Virus record (IMG/VR): IMGVR_UViG_3300037478_000506
Coordinates: 1-33,111 of that record
Strand: one strand, 5' to 3'
DNA: 33,111 bases
DNA from: a virus
Taxonomy: Duplodnaviria; Caudoviricetes
Within the stretch, counting starts at the first letter, position 1. Every line of letters begins with the position of its first letter. The notes beneath the pieces were generated by a model. The model made no database searches, had not been told where the DNA came from, and saw nothing but the letters and a program-made list of their open reading frames with translations. Shown piece by piece: positions 16,274 through 24,667 of this stretch. The position numbers were made by a program, and so were the translations under genes.

Positions 16274-17053
16274 TCAGCGGTGCCGAATCCAATCCGGGAC
16301 GTTGTCTTGCGGCTCCTGTTGGCCTTCGTTCATATCGGCGGCCGTGGCCCGCATGAACCACACGTGGGCGATCTGCAGCGCTTCCGCTTTGGTCTTCTGC
16401 GCGCGGTCGAGCGCCGGCGCGATCTCGGCGGCCAGGCTCGACGTGAAGAACGCGAGGAAGAGATCGTCGGTCCAGAGGTCCTCGCAGTCGATCATCGTGT
16501 ATTCGAGCACCGCGGCTTCGCGCTTGGTGTAGATGAGGAGCCCGTTCTCATCGCGGCCGCGGCGATGCGGAATCGCCGGATCGTGGTCCGACCGCCCGAC
16601 GCGGTCATCGACAATCCGCCGCGCGTAGAGACAGTCGCTCGGCCAGCGGTAGGCGTACGTCCAGTCGCCGTTTGCATAGGCCGGCGCGTCGGCGGCGGCC
16701 GTCGACCAGTGCGTGGCGTTCGGCGGCTGCTGGTTCGTATGCGCGAGGATGCAGTAGTAGTTGACGCTCGCGTCCCGCACGACGTCGCCGATGCGGTACG
16801 TATAGGCCGCATCCCAGGCCTGGACGAGGATGAGCACGCTCGCGTCGGTGTCCCAGAACGGCCCCCGCACGAGGGACAAGTCCGCGTATTTCGTGGCGAA
16901 GGCCCACGGATGCGACCGGAGACACCGGCGCAGGACATGATCGTAGACCGGCCCGATCACGTTCGCTTCGAGGCTCCCGTCGTCGACCGCCGTGATCTGC
17001 TGCGAGATCCCCAGGTGCCCGAGCGCGATATTGGAGAGTTGGACGACAGTCAT
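16274..17053 (-). CDS. Tail tubular protein A / adaptor (T7 gp11-like), 259 aa, with CBM5/12-like insertion
   Basis: LSNIALGHLG, CLRSHPWAFATK, WTYAYRWPSDCL, LAAEIAPAL, C-terminal PDWIRHR. Confidence 0.9.
   Translation of the reverse strand: MTVVQLSNIALGHLGISQQITAVDDGSLEANVIGPVYDHVLRRCLRSHPWAFATKYADLSLVRGPFWDTDASVLILVQAWDAAYTYRIGDVVRDASVNYYCILAHTNQQPPNATHWSTAAADAPAYANGDWTYAYRWPSDCLYARRIVDDRVGRSDHDPAIPHRRGRDENGLLIYTKREAAVLEYTMIDCEDLWTDDLFLAFFTSSLAAEIAPALDRAQKTKAEALQIAHVWFMRATAADMNEGQQEPQDNVPDWIRHR
16706..16768. repeat. Copy 2 of the 63-nt dispersed repeat (CBM-like cassette in tail tubular A)
   Basis: 58/63 identical to 15850-15912, with a 34-nt exact core at 16728-16761. Confidence 0.95.
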
Positions 17054-17056
17054 CGG

Positions 17057-19456
17057 CTAGTCCTCGTTCAAACCGGTGCGAAGCACGTCAACAGAGAAGG
17101 GCCCAAACCAGCACGCGCCCGCCGGCGGGACGGTCGGCTGCGACTCCAGGCTCTGCGTCGCCGGCGCCTGGTCCTCACCCCAGGCCGCAGCGTCCGGCGT
17201 GGTCGGCGTGTCGGTGCACTGCGCGGAGAGCTCGTCGTCGCCCCAACACTGCGTCGACGGCAACTCGAGCACGCACAGGCTCGGCGGCGGAATCGGCGGG
17301 GTCAGCGTGTTCGGCTGATAGAGCGCGAACTGATAGGTCCGCGCGGATTGGAGGAAGGTTTCCCAGGCGGCGACCTGGGACATCGTCGCTAGGTCGAACT
17401 TGTAGAGCACCATCGTCCAGACGTCGAGCGCGATGGCGTGGAGCCCGTCGGCCGTGATCCGCACGTCGGTGCATTGCTTGTTCCCGTCGGCGACGTTCGG
17501 GTCCGGGTGGGTGGACGTAAACGTGCCGACCAGTGTGCCGGCGTTGTTGTACCGCTGCACCACAGGCCCGTTACAGAGCAGGATCCCGCCGTCGCCCAGG
17601 AGGCACAGACCGGACGCCCCACCCCCGAGCGGGACGAACGTGCAGAAGTCGGGGAGCTGTGCCCGCGTCGTGAGGTTGAAGCGTTTGATCGTGGTCTGCA
17701 GGGCGACCCCGTTGTCGACACTCCACTCGACGCTCGTCGGCGTGTAATAGAGCACGTTCGTGACGGGGTCGATGTCCCCCTGCAGCGCGGTGATGGCGCC
17801 GGCCGGCAGCTCGAGCGCGTCGTATTGCGCGGTATAGGGCGCGCCCGCGTCGTTGTCGCCCAGGGTCGCGTCGTGCGTCTTCGCGTGAATGAGCGCCGCG
17901 ATGCTGGGCGGGGAATCCAGGAACGCCGGGCGGTTCTGCCCTTCGCCGGCGACATAGAGGAACCCGTTGCCGTGCCACAGCGCGGTCACCTTGCCTGTCG
18001 TCCGATTGAGATGGAGCGACGTGATCCCGGCGTCGACGCTCGACGGATAGGGCACCTGCTCGTCCCAGGGGTCTTGGATGAGGTCGATATCCGTCGCCCC
18101 GGTGCGCGTGTAGCTCAAGGTGGGCAGGTCAAGGACTTCAGCCGCGTTGCTCCCGTTGAAGAGCGCGATCAGGACACGCTCGCGGGTGTGCGGGTCACCG
18201 CCGGCGCTCCCGCCGTGGTTGGTCATCGGGTCGCCCGAGTAGTCGACCGCGAGGCCGATCGCCGTCTGCCCGACGGCGGGATTGCAGTTCACCAGCACAC
18301 CCTGGTGGAACAGCGACACCATCCCGTCGGACGGGATCAGAACGTCATCCTCGGCCGCCACGCCGCGATAGGTCACCGTCAGCCGTAAGAGTCCGCCAGA
18401 GTTGGTCGCGCACGCGGTCGTCGCGTTGCTCCGCACGCGAATCAGGTAGGGCTCCACGAGCGCGTCGAGCACACAAAGCGACGTCCCGCGGTTGCCGACC
18501 ATCCCCGTGCGCGTCCCGTAGTTGGCCGGCGTCAGCGTGCCGCACCCGTTCTTGAAGACATCAATGTCGCAGTCGTAGGTCGACCCGAGTGTGTGAATGA
18601 ACACCTCGCCGGCCTGGGGCGGCGTGACGGCGAACCAGACGCCGCGCGCGGTGTCGGCCGACTGCGTCGTGTCGAGATCTGGCGAGACGTAGGGGGCGTC
18701 GGTCGGCAGCGTGAAGGCGAGCGCGTCCGCGCACGCATCGTTGTCGGGCGGCGCCGGCAGCGCCGCGAAGGTGAGCTCGTCACTGAACTCCAGCCACGGG
18801 GCTCGACTGACATTCGTCTCGCCGGCAATCGCATCATCGAACGCGGCGTTCGCCCCGGTCGCGCGCCAGTCGAGACGCGTCCACTCGTCGGGCGGATACG
18901 TGGGCGTGACCACGTTGTCGGTCACGGTGATCCGCGCGCCGATCTCGACTATGAGGCAGTCGCCCGCGAGCATCTGGCCGGCGACGAGCGGCTGGGGCGC
19001 GACCAAGGACCGCCACACCCCGCCGCTTATGCCGGGAAAGTCGACCGTGTCGACGTAGTTGTCGAGCAAGATGTGCCGGACCTTCGCCGTGAGGCCCTGC
19101 GTGATGTAGACGTGCACCTTGTACCGGGCCTTGGCGTCGTTGTTGATCGTGACGTCGTTGATCCAGCGACACTGCACGTGGAAACACACGTCGAACGTCC
19201 CACCCACCTCGCGCGTCACGTCGCTCGGCTCGGTCATGTAGGCGTAGCCGAACGAGAGGTCATACGGCGCGGCGCGGTCGCAGCTGAGACTCCGCGCGGT
19301 CTGCGCGCCGGCGTCGGACTTCGACGTCGAGAGCCGGACGCGAAAGGCCGTCGGGCGGTAGGTATTCGGCCCCGGCCCGTGGTCCCAGGTGCCCCCGGCA
19401 TAGCCGTCGACGCGCGCGGGAATCGCCTTGACGGCCGGATAACACCGCGTCGCCAT
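17057..19456 (-). CDS. Large beta-rich protein (PPC-like domain plus probable beta-propeller), 799 aa, putative virion appendage
   Basis: PPDNDACADA...GVWFAVTPP...TLGSTYDCDIDVF...CGTL segment; C-terminal repeats such as DIDPVTNVLYY, LLGDGGILL, ITADGLHAI; located in the structural operon. Confidence 0.7.
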   Translation of the reverse strand: MATRCYPAVKAIPARVDGYAGGTWDHGPGPNTYRPTAFRVRLSTSKSDAGAQTARSLSCDRAAPYDLSFGYAYMTEPSDVTREVGGTFDVCFHVQCRWINDVTINNDAKARYKVHVYITQGLTAKVRHILLDNYVDTVDFPGISGGVWRSLVAPQPLVAGQMLAGDCLIVEIGARITVTDNVVTPTYPPDEWTRLDWRATGANAAFDDAIAGETNVSRAPWLEFSDELTFAALPAPPDNDACADALAFTLPTDAPYVSPDLDTTQSADTARGVWFAVTPPQAGEVFIHTLGSTYDCDIDVFKNGCGTLTPANYGTRTGMVGNRGTSLCVLDALVEPYLIRVRSNATTACATNSGGLLRLTVTYRGVAAEDDVLIPSDGMVSLFHQGVLVNCNPAVGQTAIGLAVDYSGDPMTNHGGSAGGDPHTRERVLIALFNGSNAAEVLDLPTLSYTRTGATDIDLIQDPWDEQVPYPSSVDAGITSLHLNRTTGKVTALWHGNGFLYVAGEGQNRPAFLDSPPSIAALIHAKTHDATLGDNDAGAPYTAQYDALELPAGAITALQGDIDPVTNVLYYTPTSVEWSVDNGVALQTTIKRFNLTTRAQLPDFCTFVPLGGGASGLCLLGDGGILLCNGPVVQRYNNAGTLVGTFTSTHPDPNVADGNKQCTDVRITADGLHAIALDVWTMVLYKFDLATMSQVAAWETFLQSARTYQFALYQPNTLTPPIPPPSLCVLELPSTQCWGDDELSAQCTDTPTTPDAAAWGEDQAPATQSLESQPTVPPAGACWFGPFSVDVLRTGLNED

Positions 19457-19459
19457 CGC

Positions 19460-19771
19460 CTACGGCCCACTCTCCGGGAAGAGCTGCTCGCGCAGCGCGT
19501 CGACGGTGACGCACCGCCACTCCCATTCCCGCCCGCCGGCCAGACTCTGATCCTCGTAGTCCTCGGGAAACTCGACGAACCACTGCACGCACACGTCCTC
19601 GGTCGTCGTCTCCTCGGGAATCTCCATCGACACCGGAGGATCCGACGGCTCCGGGACGGGCGCCGGCGGCGGCAGCGCGAGCTCCAGATTCGGATCGGGC
19701 GGGAGCGGCGCGTCCACCGGGGCACACCCGATGCCCCCCGCCAGGACGACGGTCAGGATGAGCGGCCTCAT
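19460..19771 (-). CDS. Pro-rich, acidic putative lipoprotein, 103 aa
   Basis: MRPLILTVVLAGGIGC is a lipoprotein-type signal ending in Cys. ATG 19771 overlaps the upstream stop (ATGA). Confidence 0.65.
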   Translation of the reverse strand: MRPLILTVVLAGGIGCAPVDAPLPPDPNLELALPPPAPVPEPSDPPVSMEIPEETTTEDVCVQWFVEFPEDYEDQSLAGGREWEWRCVTVDALREQLFPESGP

Positions 19772-20427
19772 TGCGGCGTCCCGTGGCACCAGAACAGCGT
19801 CACCAGGCGATCGACGCGCTGTTGGGGGGCGGCGGCGCCTGGATTACCCGGTTCGAAGTGCCATTCCACCCGCCAGCCATCTTGGCGGAGCTGCCCGATG
19901 CGGGCCGCATTCGCGGCGAGGTCGTTCGACATGTACCCGCCGATCGCATGCCCGACCGGGTGCGTGACCACCGTCCCCTCGGGCGTGACATAGCGACAGG
20001 CCAAGGGCACGGGCGGATCTTGGGGCCGCCGCACCACGATCGGCGTCGACTGTGTGACAGGCACCCCGTCGACGACGAGCTGGACGCGCAGCTCGGTCAC
20101 CGTCGACCACGCCGCGCGAATCGCGTCGGGCACATCCGCGCGACAACTCAGGCCGCCCGGGATCGGCGTGCAGACGACCCCGGTCAACGTCGCGACGACC
20201 GGGGCGCCAGACTCGGTGATCGCTTCGACCTGCGTGACGGTGTTGACTTGTTCGTGGAGGACCTGCCACTGCAGCCAGGCGTACGCGGGATCGAGGGGCT
20301 CGGCCAGCACCTGCGCCATATTGCGGAGGCCGTAGGCGATGTCGGGCCAGAGGACAGACGTGCGGCTCTGCGCCGCCGCCGTCGCCGTCGACGTCATCAT
20401 CATGAGTAGTACTGCCGCGGTGCGCAT
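19768..20427 (-). CDS. Putative secreted protein, 219 aa
   Basis: GGAG RBS; MRTAAVLLMMMTSTATAAA-QS signal-peptide-like N-terminus; four Cys in the mature part. Confidence 0.7.
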   Translation of the reverse strand: MRTAAVLLMMMTSTATAAAQSRTSVLWPDIAYGLRNMAQVLAEPLDPAYAWLQWQVLHEQVNTVTQVEAITESGAPVVATLTGVVCTPIPGGLSCRADVPDAIRAAWSTVTELRVQLVVDGVPVTQSTPIVVRRPQDPPVPLACRYVTPEGTVVTHPVGHAIGGYMSNDLAANAARIGQLRQDGWRVEWHFEPGNPGAAAPQQRVDRLVTLFWCHGTPQ

Positions 20428-20526
20428 AACTCCGCTCCCCTGGTCGGCGGAGACGGCCCCTGTCCAAGGGCCGCCCCGCCAGCAACGCTCGTGTGCACGC
20501 TTCGAGGCGTGGTGTGGACGCCCGGA

Positions 20527-20868
20527 TTAGATCACATCGAGCGCGGCGTCCGCGCTGGCCGGCCCGTCGCCTGCCGCCTGGTCGTCGTCGACCAGGTCGG
20601 CGGCGTTCGGCTGCAAGCGGGGCGACTTCCCGGCGGCGATGGCCGCGTGTGCGGTGCGGGCGGCCTCCGCCGGCGACGTGGTGTGCGTCGGCGTCGCGTC
20701 GCTGACCCGCTCCATGCAGCTCGCCTTGAAATCAGCCGGCGAGCGGAGCAGGAAGACGTCGCCTGGGCGCTTCCGCTGGAGGTCGTACTGCAGGAGCTTG
20801 GTCGCCCGGACCTTGACGCGCGCGTGACCCGCGGGCGCCGCCGAGCGAGAGGGTTGTTTCTTTGCCAT
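20527..20868 (-). CDS. Small head-module protein, 113 aa, from an internal in-frame start of the 325-aa ORF
   Basis: AAGGAG RBS 8 nt before ATG 20868. VKVRATKLLQYDLQRKRPGDVF resembles the small proteins usually found after the capsid/cement genes. Confidence 0.7.
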   Translation of the reverse strand: MAKKQPSRSAAPAGHARVKVRATKLLQYDLQRKRPGDVFLLRSPADFKASCMERVSDATPTHTTSPAEAARTAHAAIAAGKSPRLQPNAADLVDDDQAAGDGPASADAALDVI

Positions 20869-21504
20869 GTGAGCATCTCCTTGTGTGTGTGACGGGGTGA
20901 AGAGCGCCTGCGTGAAGGCGGCGCCGTAGCGGGCCGTGAGGCCCTGGAGCGCCCGCTTGTCGCCGTGCACGTGGCCACGACTGACCGTGAGTCCGGGCGC
21001 ATACGCGTAGCCGCCGTGCCACGAGCAGCCCTCGAGGCGCACGGCACGCGCACGCGCCTCGAGGCAGCCCGCCGCGGCAAACAGGCCGGCGGAGAGCGCG
21101 TGTTTCGTGAGATCGGGTGTGCGCGCCCCGGAGCGGGTCTCGATCGCGTGGCGCGTGGCCTGGTTGACGCCTAGCCAGCGGCCGATCGTCATGCCCTGGT
21201 CCAGGAGTCTCGCGAGGGTGTGCTCGACGGCGCCGTCGCCCTTCGACAAGAACACCACCAGGTCGACCGTGCGCCCCGTGCCTTGCGCGAGCATCAGTCG
21301 ATGGAGACGGCCTTTGGCCCCCGCGATCGTGGCGTCGGTGCGCGTGCGCGCGTTCAGGACCCAGATGTCGCACCGGGCCGCGCTCGCGATGCCGCCGGCG
21401 ACGGCGACGACGAGCTCGTCCTCGGCCACGACGAGCGGCGCGGCGAGCGGCGCCGAGCCCAGGACTACGCACCGCCGCTGGGCGACCGGGAACGGATTCA
21501 CCAC
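20527..21504 (-). CDS. Rossmann-fold GT29/GT42/MptE-like protein, reading in frame into the small head-module protein
   Basis: RRCVVLGSAP first strand-loop, then LSAGLFAAAGCL...VRLEGCSW, matching the S-x-G...helix...V-x-L-x-G pattern of sialyltransferase-like folds. Confidence 0.55.
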   Translation of the reverse strand: MVNPFPVAQRRCVVLGSAPLAAPLVVAEDELVVAVAGGIASAARCDIWVLNARTRTDATIAGAKGRLHRLMLAQGTGRTVDLVVFLSKGDGAVEHTLARLLDQGMTIGRWLGVNQATRHAIETRSGARTPDLTKHALSAGLFAAAGCLEARARAVRLEGCSWHGGYAYAPGLTVSRGHVHGDKRALQGLTARYGAAFTQALFTPSHTQGDAHMAKKQPSRSAAPAGHARVKVRATKLLQYDLQRKRPGDVFLLRSPADFKASCMERVSDATPTHTTSPAEAARTAHAAIAAGKSPRLQPNAADLVDDDQAAGDGPASADAALDVI

Positions 21505-22280
21505 GCCTCCGGCGGGATGCGATGCCGGATTGGGCGGCCCCGGCGGCGCTCCCGATCGTTGACTTCTTCGAGCGACACCATGTCGGCCAGGCGCTCGCGC
21601 TCGAGCCGTTCGTGTTTCACGCGCTCGACTTCGTCGTAGTTGAACTTCTGATACGCGTAAATCTGCGACGGCGTGTGGAAGATCGACGGGCCTTCCAGCT
21701 CGACGACGACCCCGCGGCCGCGCGCAAACGCGATCCAGTACAGGATGGAGCGATGCGCGATCTGGAACTCCGCCGTCGTGCGACAGCCGACGCCGTTCAG
21801 GATGATGCGTTCGAACCCCTCGAGGAGCGCGTGCGCGATCATCATGCCGGTCTGTTCGACGAACCAGCGATTCGGCTCGCCGTTGATGGGAAAGGCCTGT
21901 TGAATCTCTCGAATCGGGAACCGCACCGCACCGGGCACTTGCTGAAACAAGCGGAGGGCCGTCTCTTGGTCCTTGAGCGGGTGTGCTTCGGGTGCCTGGA
22001 GATAAATCGGGCGCGTGCCGTCCTGCGCCAGCATCCAGCGCCAGGCGTCGGGCCGGCGCTCGGGAATCCCCGGAAACCGGAGCGAGGACGTGAGGGGATG
22101 GACGTCGGTCCAGCGGGTCCAGTCCAGCAGCCGGCTACCCCAGAATCGACAGTTCGCCCGCGTCACGCCCCAGAGCTCACACTCCGGGCGACCCGCGCGC
22201 GGCGAGCGCTCGGTGACCTTCTTCCCGTGAATAATGACCGTCCGCATCCGGGCCCCAGGCACGAGGGGGCGGAGGTCCAC
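21498..22280 (-). CDS. Conserved phage protein of probable GT42/GT29-like Rossmann fold, 260 aa
   Basis: TVIIHG, ELWGV, RWTDVH, FPIREI, WFVEQTGMMIAHALLEGFERIILNGV, YWIAFARGRGVVV; GGAGG RBS before GTG. Confidence 0.6.
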   Translation of the reverse strand: MDLRPLVPGARMRTVIIHGKKVTERSPRAGRPECELWGVTRANCRFWGSRLLDWTRWTDVHPLTSSLRFPGIPERRPDAWRWMLAQDGTRPIYLQAPEAHPLKDQETALRLFQQVPGAVRFPIREIQQAFPINGEPNRWFVEQTGMMIAHALLEGFERIILNGVGCRTTAEFQIAHRSILYWIAFARGRGVVVELEGPSIFHTPSQIYAYQKFNYDEVERVKHERLERERLADMVSLEEVNDRERRRGRPIRHRIPPEAW

Positions 22281-22307
22281 ATACGGGACCCTCCGCCCGC
22301 TCGTGGG

Positions 22308-22754
22308 CTAGTTCGTGTAGCCCTTCGCGTACGCGACGAACGACGGCACGTGCTGGCTCGGCACGAGGTAGCACGACGCGCTCACCGTGTCGCCGGTCCC
22401 CGAGACGATTTGCCCGCCCAGATACCGCTTCGTCGGCTTCTGGGACGGCAGGGGCACTTCGAAGAGCGCACCCGCCACGAGCTCCGCGGCGGGTACCCGT
22501 CGCGAGATGATCTCCGTCTTCGTGCTGAGATCCGCCGCCGTGTCTTCGACCGCTTTGAGGTCGAAGGTGTCGGTCGCCGAGGCGCTATCGCCGGCGGCGG
22601 CCGTGGTGATGACGAAGACGAGCGACAGGCGCTCGCCGGACCCGATGCGGTTTTTGACCGTCGGGTTGCCGCAGTCGTACTTGTCGGTCGAGACTTCGTC
22701 GGCTTCGGTGAAGTCTTGCGCGTTCGACAGCCGCGCGAGGATGTCAAGAATCAT
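22308..22754 (-). CDS. Capsid cement/decoration protein (BPP-1 Bbp16-like), 148 aa
   Basis: MILD..LSNAQ, STDKYD, IGSGERL, RYLG, C-terminal AYAKGY; GGAG RBS; directly after the capsid gene. Confidence 0.85.
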   Translation of the reverse strand: MILDILARLSNAQDFTEADEVSTDKYDCGNPTVKNRIGSGERLSLVFVITTAAAGDSASATDTFDLKAVEDTAADLSTKTEIISRRVPAAELVAGALFEVPLPSQKPTKRYLGGQIVSGTGDTVSASCYLVPSQHVPSFVAYAKGYTN

Positions 22755-22837
22755 GGTCCTATCTCCACAAATGAGCACTCCAGTGAGCGCCCCGGACCCG
22801 CGCCGGGCCCGGGGCAGAACGGCCTGCCACGGCCCGG

Positions 22838-23935
22838 CTACGCGACGACATCCTCCGTGTTGAGCAACGCGTCGGTGCGACGCACCGGCGTGTCGCCGAA
22901 CATCATCACTTGCTTGCCGGCGATGTTTTCGAAGGTGATCCCGCCGCCGGTGCTGACCTGCGCGCGCGTCTGATGCCGCAGGTAGCGACGGATCGTGCGG
23001 TTGACGTAGAAGGCGCGCCGCCCGAGCTCGTTCGGGATGCGTTCCTCGGCGTCGGCCATCAGCTCGAGGAGGTCGGCGGCATCCGACACGCTCCCGAGAT
23101 CGGAGACGTCGATGTTGGCGATCCGCACGCCATAGCGCCAATCCTTGAGCGCCAGGCCGACCTGCCAGGACCAGTGATCGCGGTAGGCGCGCATGAGCGC
23201 GCCGGTCACACCGCCCGCGTTCTCGACGGTTTCGATGCCGAGGTCCTCGTGTTCGAGCCCCGCTTTCGACCCCTTCGGGTAGATTCCGCAGATCGTCTCT
23301 TCGTCCCACGCGATCAGGTAGATCGACGTGTTGTCGGTCGAGCCCGTGCCGCCGCCCAGAATGACGTTGTCACCATTCCCGGCCGTGGTGCTCGAGTAGC
23401 GGGCCGCCAGGCCGATGAACTCTTCCGGCGCCGCCGCCGACCCGTAGATCAGCGTGGACGCCATCTCCTGATTCATCGCCTCGAGGAACGCCCGCGCCTC
23501 GCTCAGCCGCACGCCGCCCGGGTTCCCCCCGAGATCGGCCAGCTTGACGTCCACCTGCGAGTACGCGTCGAGCATCCCGACCTGTTCGTCGATCTGCGCG
23601 GTGCGCGACTTGCTCGGCTGGACGCCCTGATTGAGCAGGCGCCAGAACACATCGGGCAGGCCGGTGCGCACGCTCGTCCGATGGCCGGTAATGAGGTTCC
23701 CTTCCATGAAGGGCATGTCCTCGAGGATCTGGTTCGTCTGCGCGAGCATCTCGATAATCCGCGCGATCTGGTCGTTGGGATCGAGACGTTTCGCGAGGTC
23801 GGCCAGGGTGAGCGCGGTCGTCGACAGCGTCGCGGCGCCCAGCACACCCGGGGCGCCCGGCGCGAGATAGGCCGCCAGGCCGGTCGCCTGAAGGACGACG
23901 GCCAGTAGGGCGGTGAGTAGCAGTGTGATTCGCAT
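22838..23935 (-). CDS. Major capsid protein (BPP-1 Bbp17/epsilon15-like HK97 fold) with a ~33-aa hydrophobic N-terminal extension
   Basis: TLADLAKR, IIEMLAQTNQILEDMPFMEGN, RTGLP..WRLLNQGV, DWRYGVRIANID, PVRRTDALLNTE. ATG 23935 is preceded by GAGAGAG. Confidence 0.95.
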   Translation of the reverse strand: MRITLLLTALLAVVLQATGLAAYLAPGAPGVLGAATLSTTALTLADLAKRLDPNDQIARIIEMLAQTNQILEDMPFMEGNLITGHRTSVRTGLPDVFWRLLNQGVQPSKSRTAQIDEQVGMLDAYSQVDVKLADLGGNPGGVRLSEARAFLEAMNQEMASTLIYGSAAAPEEFIGLAARYSSTTAGNGDNVILGGGTGSTDNTSIYLIAWDEETICGIYPKGSKAGLEHEDLGIETVENAGGVTGALMRAYRDHWSWQVGLALKDWRYGVRIANIDVSDLGSVSDAADLLELMADAEERIPNELGRRAFYVNRTIRRYLRHQTRAQVSTGGGITFENIAGKQVMMFGDTPVRRTDALLNTEDVVA

Positions 23936-23968
23936 GTTCGTGCTCTCTCTCAACAGGAAAAGTCGGCG

Positions 23969-24643
23969 TTACGTGGGCCGCGGCGCCGACGACGGAAACA
24001 TCACATCCTCGGTCGGGCGTCGATCGCTCGCCGGGGGGGTGCTGCGTCCGAGGTTCGGGCGGTCCTCAGCCATCGCGTTACCGATGCGGGACAGCAACAA
24101 CACCAGCGGGGCGTAGTCGCCGTACCCGGTTTTGGTCATGACCGCGCGGAGCTGCGCGCCTTCCGGCGACGAGGCCGGGAGGAAGCGATCCAGCGCGCGC
24201 ACGGCGCGCTCGGTCGCTCTCGTGAGGTGTGCTCCGCCGATTTCGGGGTGTTGCTCGAGCTCGGTGCGAAAGGCCTGCTTTTGGGCCGTGAGGCTCTCGT
24301 TCAGGTCTGACAGCGCGGCCTGGGCCTGTTCGTTCGACCACCCCTTCGCCTTCGCCATCTCGACGACGGTGTCCAGGTCAGAGGCATCGACGGCGCCATG
24401 GGCCGGTAGCGTGAGCTCGTACGTCTCCGGCGGCGCCGGCGGCGCGGGAGGCATGGCCGGTGGGGTCGGAGACGCGGGTGGATCGCCGGCCGGTGGTACC
24501 GCCGGCTCGGCCGCCGGCGGGGTCGCCGGAGGCGTTGCGGGCGGGGCGGCAGGCGCCGGCGGTGCTGACGGGCCGCCGGGTGGCGTGGCGTCCGGAGCGG
24601 GTGCGCTCGGAGGCGTCGCCGGGGGTGTCGGTGTCTCAGGCAT
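23969..24643 (-). CDS. Capsid scaffolding protein, 224 aa
   Basis: Pro/Ala-rich N-terminus, PETYEL, GWSNEQAQ, TGYGDYAPLV...IGNAMAED; immediately before the capsid gene; GGAG RBS. Confidence 0.85.
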   Translation of the reverse strand: MPETPTPPATPPSAPAPDATPPGGPSAPPAPAAPPATPPATPPAAEPAVPPAGDPPASPTPPAMPPAPPAPPETYELTLPAHGAVDASDLDTVVEMAKAKGWSNEQAQAALSDLNESLTAQKQAFRTELEQHPEIGGAHLTRATERAVRALDRFLPASSPEGAQLRAVMTKTGYGDYAPLVLLLSRIGNAMAEDRPNLGRSTPPASDRRPTEDVMFPSSAPRPT

Positions 24644-24667
24644 CAGGATCTCTCCACAACAAGGGGG

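Noticed and set aside
15850-16768. The 63-nt repeat pair as a DGR template/variable repeat (BPP-1-like phages can carry DGRs)
   Set aside because: The five mismatches are not adenine-specific on either strand, both copies lie mid-gene, and no reverse transcriptase motif is present in the window.
22755-23309. Programmed -1 frameshift fusing capsid to cement (the cement frame is open back to 23309 and a hairpin follows the capsid stop)
   Set aside because: No X-XXY-YYZ slippery site near the capsid end, the cement gene has its own RBS, and long open alternative frames are expected at this GC content.
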